Assembly: GCA_965660855.1 (NCBI GenBank)
Contig: CBFIBM010000017.1
Location: 1 to 29,709 of the forward strand
DNA from: an uncultured bacterium
GTDB lineage: Bacteria > Fidelibacterota > Marinisomatia > Marinisomatales > UBA1611
Length of the DNA stretch: 29,709 bases
Direction of reading: 5' to 3'
Below are positions 9,836 through 17,882 of this stretch, in pieces; the stretch's first letter is position 1, and the number at the start of each line of letters is the position of its first letter. The position numbers were made by a program, and so were the translations under genes. The notes beneath the pieces were generated by a model. It was given only the letters and a program-made list of their open reading frames with translations, made no database searches and was not told where the DNA came from.

Positions 9836-10969
9836 ATGGAATTTATTATTGAATCAAAAGATAAAAATACCTCTGGAAGGAATGGAATACTTAAAACGAA
9901 GCATGGTGACATAGAAACACCTACTTTTATGCCAGTGGGGACGGTTGGTGCGGTGAAAACTATGTCCCCAGATGATCTAAGAAGTATCCATGCCCAAATC
10001 ATTTTAGGAAATACATATCATTTATACTTAAGGCCTGGGATCGAGGTTTTGAATGGTGCAGGAGGCTTACACAAATTTAATAGTTGGAATAAACCAATCT
10101 TAACGGATAGCGGAGGATTTCAAGTTTTTTCATTATCTAAATTGAATAAAATTTCTGATGATGGAGTTCAATTTCAGTCTCACCTTGATGGTAGTCGTCA
10201 TCTGTTTACACCAGAGTTTTCAATGGAAATTCAGAGAAATATTGGAGCCGATATCATAATGGCTTTTGATGAATGTCCACCAGGGGACTCAGAAAGAGAA
10301 ATTGTCAAAAAAGCTGTATTAAGAACAACAAAATGGATGAAAAGATGTCATAGTTGGCTTGAAACTAATAAAGAATTATATGATTATGAGCAAGTATTAT
10401 TCCCTATTATACAAGGGTCTATCGATCATAACCTTAGAAGAAGAAGTCTTGAAGAGTTAATTCCTTTTTCAAAATGTGGTATAGCACTTGGTGGTTTAGC
10501 TGTAGGAGAAGAAAAGAATGCTATGCGAGACACGATTCAATTTAGTACGGAATTTCTTCCTCAGAATCAACCCAGATATTTGATGGGTGTAGGTAAGCCT
10601 TCAGATTTAATTTATGCTATACGAAATGGAATTGATATGTTTGATTGTGTTATGCCAACAAGGAATGGTAGGAATGGGAATATTTTTACAGAAAATGGAG
10701 TTTTAAGCATAAAAAATCATAAATTTAAAAATGACTTTTCTCCAATTGATGAAACTAGTATTCACCCTTGGGGAAAAGAGTTTTCAAAATCATATGTCAG
10801 ACACTTATTTAATATTAATGAAATTCTTGGTTTGAGAATAGCTTCAACATTGAATTTATCATTTTATTTAAATTTAATGGAAAGAGTACGCAAAAATATT
10901 AAAATAGGAAGTTTTGACTCCTGGTCTCTATCTCTTTTGAGAGAAATGAGATACATGAAAGGTATGTAA
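9836..10969 (+). CDS. tgt: tRNA-guanine(34) transglycosylase (queuine tRNA-ribosyltransferase)
   Basis: Motifs TPTFMPVGT, LGNTYHL, TDSGGFQ, FDEC, GGLAVGE, YLMGVG, DMFDCVMPTRNGRNG. Confidence 0.97.
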   Translation: MEFIIESKDKNTSGRNGILKTKHGDIETPTFMPVGTVGAVKTMSPDDLRSIHAQIILGNTYHLYLRPGIEVLNGAGGLHKFNSWNKPILTDSGGFQVFSLSKLNKISDDGVQFQSHLDGSRHLFTPEFSMEIQRNIGADIIMAFDECPPGDSEREIVKKAVLRTTKWMKRCHSWLETNKELYDYEQVLFPIIQGSIDHNLRRRSLEELIPFSKCGIALGGLAVGEEKNAMRDTIQFSTEFLPQNQPRYLMGVGKPSDLIYAIRNGIDMFDCVMPTRNGRNGNIFTENGVLSIKNHKFKNDFSPIDETSIHPWGKEFSKSYVRHLFNINEILGLRIASTLNLSFYLNLMERVRKNIKIGSFDSWSLSLLREMRYMKGM

Positions 10970-11430
10970 TGTCTAAAATTGCAGTAAGGGTCATAGATGC
11001 TTATGTTTTTAAAAAAGATAAAAATGGTTTACAATATCTTATATTAAAACGAGCTCCAGAAAAAATATATGGAGGTATTTGGCAATGTGTAACGGGTAAA
11101 ATAAAAACAGATGAAGCTTCGTGGGAGACGGCAATCCGCGAGCTAAAAGAAGAAACAGGCTTAGACCCATTACAAATATTTATTGCTGATTATGTTAGTA
11201 AGTTCTATGAAGCTCATGAAGATAGAATAAATCTAGTTCCAGTTTTTGGAATAGAAGTATCAGACACTAAAATACAACTTTCTAACGAGCATACAGAATA
11301 TAAGTGGGTAGATTTTGATAATGCTTTAAATAAATTAGTTTGGAATGGACAAAAGGAAGGACTTTTTTCTATTAATAATATGTTAAATTTGAATGATACT
11401 AGAATGCAATGGTCAAAAATACCAATATAA
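10969..11430 (+). CDS. Nudix hydrolase, NudB/dihydroneopterin triphosphate pyrophosphatase-like
   Basis: Nudix box GKIKTDEASWETAIRELKEETGL, preceded by WQCVTG (NudB has WQSVTG); also LSNEHTEYKW. TAATG overlap with tgt. Confidence 0.8.
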   Translation: MSKIAVRVIDAYVFKKDKNGLQYLILKRAPEKIYGGIWQCVTGKIKTDEASWETAIRELKEETGLDPLQIFIADYVSKFYEAHEDRINLVPVFGIEVSDTKIQLSNEHTEYKWVDFDNALNKLVWNGQKEGLFSINNMLNLNDTRMQWSKIPI

Positions 11431-11442
11431 AAAGGAGTATTT

Positions 11443-11898
11443 ATGTTAGAGGTAGGCGATAAAGCACCAGATTTTACTTTAGAAGATCAAGATGGTACTA
11501 GAATAAGTCTTAATCAATTTTTAGGTCAAAAAATACTTTTATGGTTTTACCCTAAAGCCAGTACTCCTGGTTGAACAGTTGAAGGACAAGGACTCCGGGA
11601 TGAGTTCCAAAATTATACAGACAAGAATACAGTTATATTAGGTATGAGTGCGGATTCAGTAAAAAAACAGAAAAATTTTTGTGAAAAACAACAGTTTCCT
11701 TTTTCATTGCTTTCAAACCCAGATAAAGACGTAATAAGAAATTATAAAGCAATAGGATTGAAAAAAATGTATGGTCGAGAATATGAGGGTATTTTTAGAG
11801 TTTCATATCTGATCGATGAAAAAGGATACATAATTAAAGTTTATTCAAAAGTAAAGGTAAAAGAACATGCGAAGGAAGTTCTAGAAGATATAAATTAA
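11443..11898 (+). CDS. bcp: Peroxiredoxin BCP/PrxQ, probable selenoprotein (Sec44, UGA at 11572-11574), 151 aa
   Basis: AAGGAG RBS at 11432-11437, ATG 11443. Translation: MLEVGDKAPDFTLEDQDG...WFYPKASTPG-TGA-TVEGQGLRDEF..., in frame with the 11644..11898 ORF (SADSV...GIFRVSYLIDEKG). TGA occupies the peroxidatic Cys site of PxxxTxxC. Confidence 0.88.
11590..11608 (+). promoter_or_regulatory. Putative bacterial SECIS hairpin
   Basis: GGACTC-CGGGAT-GAGTTCC stem-loop starting 15 nt after the UGA, with a G-containing apical loop. It forces GC-rich codons (CTC CGG GAT GAG TTC) in an AT-rich gene. Confidence 0.65.
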
Positions 11899-12818
11899 AT
11901 TTTTATATTTAATGATTTATCAAAAAAAGAGTTTTGATTTTTTAAATCATCCAAATAACCCATCATGACAGAATGACCAGATATTTTCATCGTATTTTTA
12001 TGTAGTAAAAAATTTGTTAGATGAATTGGTTTTGATCCCAGTGAAATACAACCAGAGTTTTCTTCACAAATTCCAATATCATTCTTTGAATAGTTGAAAA
12101 TATTTTTTAAGTCATATCTAATATTAAAATCACAATTATCTAGACCTATTGTAAAATCAGGATTTTTATTATCGATTATATAACCAGAGTATATAGGTAA
12201 AATAGAACCAAGAATTACCCAGCCAATTGAATCACATGGTATCCTTATCGAAACACGAGATTGACTAGGATATTCTAGTACCTTTTGTATGCTGTTTGTA
12301 TTTACTAATAGATTGTAATGTGATAATTTTATTCCCGTGCTATGTTTATAAATTATAAGAGCTTCATCGCTAAGTAACGGTTTATACTTAGGTATAAAGT
12401 TTTCATCGAGTTTTGATATTTCTTCAAATATATTTTCATCGATATAAATTTCAAAAGTTGCTTGTGTTTCTTTTTTTATATTATTTATTGATGCTGAGTT
12501 AGAAATTATAGCTGTGGATCCGGCTTGCCAAATTCCAAAAAGTAGCAGTGTTTTAAATAATGGATTATTGCCATTAATGATAATCCGAGCTTTTGGTTCT
12601 ATACCCAATTTTGTCAGCCAAACTGCTGTTTTTTGCACTAAAACATAGAACTCATAATTTGTCATTGATGGATCTTCAATTATTATCTGTTCTGAATATT
12701 TTATATTTTGACCTTCTATGAGTGATCTCATTGATGGATAAGGAATCATATATTCAATTGGTTCAACATTTCCGATACATTGAGCTTGGTAAATTTCTTT
12801 TTTCATATCATAACTCAT
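11895..12818 (-). CDS. Degenerate/truncated AMP-binding (acyl-CoA synthetase-like, ANL superfamily) protein
   Basis: Remnant motifs MTNYEF...LTKLGI, DEALIIY..GIKLSHYNL and ISGHSVMMGYLDD. Only 307 aa; lacks the TSGTTG loop and the C-terminal domain. Confidence 0.65.
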   Translation of the reverse strand: MSYDMKKEIYQAQCIGNVEPIEYMIPYPSMRSLIEGQNIKYSEQIIIEDPSMTNYEFYVLVQKTAVWLTKLGIEPKARIIINGNNPLFKTLLLFGIWQAGSTAIISNSASINNIKKETQATFEIYIDENIFEEISKLDENFIPKYKPLLSDEALIIYKHSTGIKLSHYNLLVNTNSIQKVLEYPSQSRVSIRIPCDSIGWVILGSILPIYSGYIIDNKNPDFTIGLDNCDFNIRYDLKNIFNYSKNDIGICEENSGCISLGSKPIHLTNFLLHKNTMKISGHSVMMGYLDDLKNQNSFFDKSLNIKI

Positions 12819-12925
12819 ACTTTAAATTAATATTATTTTTTTAGTTTTTTCTTTTTAGACATTTCTAGATTTTTAGAATTATTCTTTTAATGTGGTTATT
12901 TGACTTTTTTTTTTTAGATTGAGTT

Positions 12926-14023
12926 ATGAATTTTCTTTTTTTGTTAGCATTTATTGGCTCTCTTTTACTAAAACCTGATCTTTCAGAACAAATAGAGCTC
13001 GCTGGAAATAATAAAAGCGAGATTATAAGAGCATTAAAAAAAGTACCTAAAGATGAATACAACGGGATGGTATTTATAATAAAGAGCATGCCTAACGAAG
13101 ATTTAAAAACTTTAAAGTCAGACTTCTTATTGGAAAATAGTAGACTCGCTTACCAATCATGGGAAGAATCTCCTTGGTATAAGGATATCCCAGAAATTAT
13201 TTTTTTGAATTATGTACTTCCGTATGCAAATCTTAATGAACGAAGAGAGTTGTGGAGAGAAACTCTTTATGAGACTTCTAGATCAATAATAAAAAAATCG
13301 AATACTATCTCAGAAGCTGTAGTAAAGCTAAATCAAAATATTTTTGAAGAGTTAGGAGTCATATATTCGACAAATAGACCAAAAGCAGATCAATCACCTA
13401 ACGAATCTATCAAAGCAGGTATGGCTTCTTGTACAGGATTAAGTATATTATTGATTGATGCATGCAGAAGTGTTGGAATACCTGCTCGCTTTGTTGGTAC
13501 TCCATCTTGGATTAATGATAGTGGGAATCATTCATGGGTTGAAATATGGGATGACGGGTGGCATTTTACTGGTGCTGCAGAACCAGTGGATGATAAGCTC
13601 AATGATGGCTGGTTTGCAGAGCTAGCTTCAGAAGGTATTCCAGGAGATTATAAATACGGAGTTTTTGCAGCAACATGGGGTAAAACAGAAACTTATTTTC
13701 CAATGGATTGGTTGCCTGGAGTTCGTACTTATTATTCAATTGATATAACTAAAAATTATAATTCTAGAAAAATTTTAACTGATTTAATTCCTATTCGCAT
13801 AAGAATTAAAGATAATGATGGAAAAAGAAAATCAGTTAATGTAATAGTGAAAAATGGTGAAAAAATTATTTTTAAAGGAATCAGTAAAAATGAAAATAAT
13901 GATTCAAATGATCATCTAACTTTTATGTTACCAAAAGGAGAAACATTTACTTTTCTAGCTCCGTATAATCAATTAAATCATACTGTCAAAGATGAGGAGA
14001 TTATTGATTTTATAATTAACTAA
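12926..14023 (+). CDS. Exported transglutaminase-like domain protein
   Basis: Hydrophobic N-terminus, LAGNNKSEI, FLNYVLPY, and core ASCTGLSILL...GIPARFVG...GNHSWVEIWDDGWHF. Confidence 0.85.
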   Translation: MNFLFLLAFIGSLLLKPDLSEQIELAGNNKSEIIRALKKVPKDEYNGMVFIIKSMPNEDLKTLKSDFLLENSRLAYQSWEESPWYKDIPEIIFLNYVLPYANLNERRELWRETLYETSRSIIKKSNTISEAVVKLNQNIFEELGVIYSTNRPKADQSPNESIKAGMASCTGLSILLIDACRSVGIPARFVGTPSWINDSGNHSWVEIWDDGWHFTGAAEPVDDKLNDGWFAELASEGIPGDYKYGVFAATWGKTETYFPMDWLPGVRTYYSIDITKNYNSRKILTDLIPIRIRIKDNDGKRKSVNVIVKNGEKIIFKGISKNENNDSNDHLTFMLPKGETFTFLAPYNQLNHTVKDEEIIDFIIN

Positions 14024-14030
14024 GATAGGA

Positions 14031-14657
14031 TTATTTATTTAACGGTTTAACTTTCCTAATAATTTCAAATGTATCTTTAGTTCTAGAATATGAATTTCCT
14101 GCAAGTCTTCCTAGCGGGTTTAAGTTTTTAAGTTTTATTTTACCATTATCATACACAGAATCATCCACATGAAAAAGTACTATCGTTCCAATTACGATAA
14201 ATCCACTTCCTGCCCCACCATCTCCAATTTCTACGATTTGATTTAAGGTACATTCAAAACTAATTTTTGCTTCTTCAACACGTGGTGGTCTAATTTTCTT
14301 AGAGTTTATTTTTGAAAGATTTGAAACTTTATATTCATCGATATCTGGATCAAAGTCAGTAGAACAAACCACCATTTTTTCAGCAAATGATTCAGATACA
14401 ATATTCACAACAAATTCTTCAGTTTCTCTTATATTTACTAGAGTATCTTTTTCTTTACCATCCCATCCACGACGTGCAGGGCAAAATACAATTGTTGGAG
14501 GTTTAGAGCATACTCCATTGAAATATGAGAAAGGTGCAAGATTAACCTTGTCTTCTTTTGAAATAGTTGAAACTAATGCTATGGGTCTTGGGACAATAGA
14601 ACCAATCATAAGTTTGTGTGTTTCTTGAAAAAGAATATCTTTTGGATCAATTATCAT
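14031..14657 (-). CDS. Flavin reductase-like (FMN-binding split barrel, DIM6/NTAB family) protein
   Basis: Motifs IVPRPIALVST, NLAPFSYFN, KDTLVNI, SFEC, PLGRLAG. Confidence 0.88.
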   Translation of the reverse strand: MIIDPKDILFQETHKLMIGSIVPRPIALVSTISKEDKVNLAPFSYFNGVCSKPPTIVFCPARRGWDGKEKDTLVNIRETEEFVVNIVSESFAEKMVVCSTDFDPDIDEYKVSNLSKINSKKIRPPRVEEAKISFECTLNQIVEIGDGGAGSGFIVIGTIVLFHVDDSVYDNGKIKLKNLNPLGRLAGNSYSRTKDTFEIIRKVKPLNK

Positions 14658-15801
14658 TATTTAGCCATGAAAACGGATAAGAATTATCTTCTATTTTGTA
14701 TGCTTCTCTAGTTACGTGTAAAGATTTAAAAGTATCAATCATCACAGCAAATTCATCTGTTTTAGTTTTACCAATAGATTCTTCTGTTTTTCCAGGTTGA
14801 GGACCATGAGGAATTCCCATTGGATGGTGGGTAATAGAACCTTCTTTGACACCTTTTCTACTCATAAAATCACCTTTTACGTAATAAATAACTTCGTCTG
14901 AATCAACATTACTATGGGAATATGGAGCAGGAATTGAATTTGGATGATAATCAAAAATTCTCGGTACAAACGAACAAATAACAAACCCAGTTCCTTTAAA
15001 ATTCTGATGAACGGGAGGAGGTTGATGAATTTTTCCTGTGATAGGCATGAAGTCATTAATATTAAACACATATGGGTAAAAGTATCCATCCCAACCTACA
15101 AGATCAAATGGGTGGTTTTCATAAAGATAGGTTTGTATAGACTCTTTTAATTTAACATCTATTTCAATGGACTTATTTGAGACAGGATCCAGAAACGTAG
15201 GTGTTTTAATATCTCTTTCTGAAAAAGGTGAATGCTCTAATAATTGCCCAAATTTATTTCTATACCTTTCAGGTGTTTCAATTGGTGAAAAAGTTTCAAT
15301 TATCAATGCCTCTATTTTCTCGATAACCTCTATATTATAAGTGGTTCCTTTTGGAATTATAAGATAATCACCAGGGATAATATCAATTTGTCCAAAATTT
15401 GATTTGAATGATCCTTTACCATGATGGATAAAAAACAATTCATCAGCGACTCCATTTCGGAACAATTTTTTAGATGAATTTTTTATTTGACATTTGGAAA
15501 TAACAAGGTCATCATTAAAAAATAAGGGAACTCGATTGTTAAAAAAATCTTCATAAAAATTAATTTTATTAGTTTCTAAGTGAAGAGGTTTGTGCGTACC
15601 TAGAACTTTTGATAATTTATTTATCTTATATTCACCTATTTCTTGAACAGCAGAGGGCGGATTTAAATGATAGAGGTTAGAATACATACCACTAAAACCA
15701 TTTCTACTAATAAGTTCCTCAGAATATAGTATTCCAGACTTATCTCTCATTTGAGTATGACGTTTATTGGGAACAATTCCTCTTTTCTGATAGAAAGGCA
15801 T
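14647..15801 (-). CDS. hmgA: Homogentisate 1,2-dioxygenase
   Basis: Motifs KRHTQ, GFSGMYSNLYH, HSPF, VGWDG, HQPPPVHQ, PYSHSNVDSDE, HPMGIPHGPQPG, AVMIDTF. Confidence 0.93.
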   Translation of the reverse strand: MPFYQKRGIVPNKRHTQMRDKSGILYSEELISRNGFSGMYSNLYHLNPPSAVQEIGEYKINKLSKVLGTHKPLHLETNKINFYEDFFNNRVPLFFNDDLVISKCQIKNSSKKLFRNGVADELFFIHHGKGSFKSNFGQIDIIPGDYLIIPKGTTYNIEVIEKIEALIIETFSPIETPERYRNKFGQLLEHSPFSERDIKTPTFLDPVSNKSIEIDVKLKESIQTYLYENHPFDLVGWDGYFYPYVFNINDFMPITGKIHQPPPVHQNFKGTGFVICSFVPRIFDYHPNSIPAPYSHSNVDSDEVIYYVKGDFMSRKGVKEGSITHHPMGIPHGPQPGKTEESIGKTKTDEFAVMIDTFKSLHVTREAYKIEDNSYPFSWLNNDN

Positions 15802-15803
15802 AA

Positions 15804-16787
15804 TTAAATGATTTTATTTTCTAATATTCCTAATTGTTCAACTTCTAATCTAACAATATCACCTTTTTTTATCCAACCATTAGTATTTTCAGGTCTTAAT
15901 TCTAGAATACACCCGGTACCAACGGTACCAGATCCAAAGTAATCTCCAGCAATTAAGTTTGTATTCATCGATGCTCTTTCAATCATTTTAGTAAAAGGGT
16001 GATAAAGATCATTTGTATTACCTTTTGAAATCAATTTATTATTTACATGGCAAGTCATTTCTAAGTGCAATTTATTGTTTTTCCAAAATTTTTCTAATTC
16101 ATCAGGAGTGACCATACATGGACCAAAGCTAGAAGCAAAATCTTTTCCTTTAGCAGGTCCAAGACTCATAGCCATTTCTTCGCGTTGTAGATCTCGAGCA
16201 GACCAATCATTACAAATTGTATAGCCTCCAATATAATCATTAGCATCATCAGAATTAATGTTCGAACCACCATTCGCAATAATTATGGCAAATTCTAGTT
16301 CAAAATCTAATTCACTTGTTCCTAGCGGGTATTGAATTGGAGCATTATGTCCATAAAGGGCAGAAGGGTTAGAAAAGTAAAAAATAGGAATTTTAAACCA
16401 ATCTGGATGCATCTCTAATCCTCTTAGTTTTCTTGCAGCTCTTACATGCTGCTCAAAAGCATAAAAATCTCTAAAAGATTGCGGATTAATTACAGGAGGT
16501 AAAAAAGTAATTTCTGAACTAGATAGAGCAATTGCACTATTATATTTTTTCAAATCTGTTTTATCAATATTTTGTAATTGGTGTTGAATTTCTTTTAATT
16601 TTTTAAAATTTAGTTTCCAATCTTCCAGTGCTTCTTTTAATGAGGAAGGAATTGATAAAAATTGATTCTGATTGTCTTTGTCTTTAAACCAGGTAGATAA
16701 TAAGTTAATATCAAATATCATTTCCTTATCAAGAAAACCAAAATGTAAATTAGAATCAATTTGATTTTTATAGGTTACAAATCTCAT
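15804..16787 (-). CDS. Fumarylacetoacetate hydrolase family protein (probable fumarylacetoacetase)
   Basis: Motifs RDFYAFEQH, LDFELE, NDWSARDLQ, AKGKDFA, GSGTVGTGC. Lies between hppD and hmgA. Confidence 0.88.
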   Translation of the reverse strand: MRFVTYKNQIDSNLHFGFLDKEMIFDINLLSTWFKDKDNQNQFLSIPSSLKEALEDWKLNFKKLKEIQHQLQNIDKTDLKKYNSAIALSSSEITFLPPVINPQSFRDFYAFEQHVRAARKLRGLEMHPDWFKIPIFYFSNPSALYGHNAPIQYPLGTSELDFELEFAIIIANGGSNINSDDANDYIGGYTICNDWSARDLQREEMAMSLGPAKGKDFASSFGPCMVTPDELEKFWKNNKLHLEMTCHVNNKLISKGNTNDLYHPFTKMIERASMNTNLIAGDYFGSGTVGTGCILELRPENTNGWIKKGDIVRLEVEQLGILENKII

Positions 16788-17882
16788 TTATAAGTTTCCT
16801 CTTTTTTCTTGTTCTCTCTCAATTGATTCAAATAACGCTTTAAAATTTCCTTTTCCAAAGCTATTTGATCCTTTACGTTGTATTATTTCAAAAAATAAAG
16901 TTGGACGGTCTTGTAATGGTTTTGTAAAAATTTGTAACATATAACCATTTTCATCTCTGTCAACCAAAATACCAAGTTTGGAAAGTTGTAATAGATCTTC
17001 ATCAATTTTGCCAACTCGTTCAGCTAAATCTTTATAATATGTTTTTGGTGTTGGAAGAAATTCTAATCCATTCTGTTTCATTTTTTTCACAGTGCTTATA
17101 ATATCCTTAGTAGATAATGCTAAATGTTGTACTCCACTAGAATTATAAAAATCTATAAATTCTTGAATCTGGGATTTTTTTAAACCTTCTGCAGGCTCGT
17201 TAATGGGAATTTTAATTTTTTCATTATGATTAGCCATTACAATAGATCTCAAAGAAGAGTATTTTGTATTAATATCTTTATCATCAACACTCCAAAAACG
17301 ATGCCAGCCTAAAATTTCTTCATAAAAATCACAAACATTTTTCATTTCCCCATCTGGTTGATTCCCAACAACATGATCAATATGAATGAGACCCATATCA
17401 TTATTTACTTTTTCATTTTTAATTGAAATAAATCCTGGTAAAAAAGGTCCGTTATAATGTTTCCGCTCAACAAAAGAATGAATAGTATCTCCGAAAGTAC
17501 GTATTGCAGATATGATAGCTTCACCGTTTTCATCCTTTATTACTTTAGGTTCATATTCGTTAATTGCACCTCTTCTTATAGATTCTTCCCATGCGATTGT
17601 TGCATTATCTACTGAAAAAGAAATATTTTTCATACCATCACCATGAACGTCAATATGACGACCAATCTTTGTATCTTTGATAAGTGGAGATGTTAATACA
17701 AGGTTTATTAAGCCTTGATTTAATACATAACTAACAGATTCTCTATTGCCTGTTTCTAATCCTTGATATGCTATTAAGTTAAACCCCATTGTGAATTGAT
17801 AAAAATGTGAGGATTGTTTAGCATTTCCAACATAGAGTTCACAATGATCAAAACTTTTTATAGTATATGGGGTTTTAGTCAT
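16788..17882 (-). CDS. hppD: 4-hydroxyphenylpyruvate dioxygenase
   Basis: Motifs IDHVVGN, PINEP, SQIQEF, GVQHLAL, LQIFTKP, FFEIIQRKG...FGKGNFKALFESIEREQ. Confidence 0.96.
   Translation of the reverse strand: MTKTPYTIKSFDHCELYVGNAKQSSHFYQFTMGFNLIAYQGLETGNRESVSYVLNQGLINLVLTSPLIKDTKIGRHIDVHGDGMKNISFSVDNATIAWEESIRRGAINEYEPKVIKDENGEAIISAIRTFGDTIHSFVERKHYNGPFLPGFISIKNEKVNNDMGLIHIDHVVGNQPDGEMKNVCDFYEEILGWHRFWSVDDKDINTKYSSLRSIVMANHNEKIKIPINEPAEGLKKSQIQEFIDFYNSSGVQHLALSTKDIISTVKKMKQNGLEFLPTPKTYYKDLAERVGKIDEDLLQLSKLGILVDRDENGYMLQIFTKPLQDRPTLFFEIIQRKGSNSFGKGNFKALFESIEREQEKRGNL

Noticed and set aside
9820..9840. preQ1 riboswitch upstream of tgt
   Set aside because: Only 1 nt separates radA and tgt, and no aptamer motif was seen.
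11572..11574. bcp as a nonsense pseudogene, or a genome-wide UGA reassignment (code 4/25)
   Set aside because: The stop falls exactly on the catalytic Cys with a hairpin downstream and no other lesions. radA, sfsA and hisC end at TGA at their expected C-termini, and Trp is encoded by TGG.
11644..11898. 84-aa ORF as a standalone gene
   Set aside because: It is the C-terminal half of BCP, in frame with ATG 11443, and has no RBS of its own.
12900..12920. T11 tract between TTGAC and TAGATT as a phase-variable promoter
   Set aside because: The spacing is only 9 nt, far from 17, and homopolymers are common in this AT-rich DNA.
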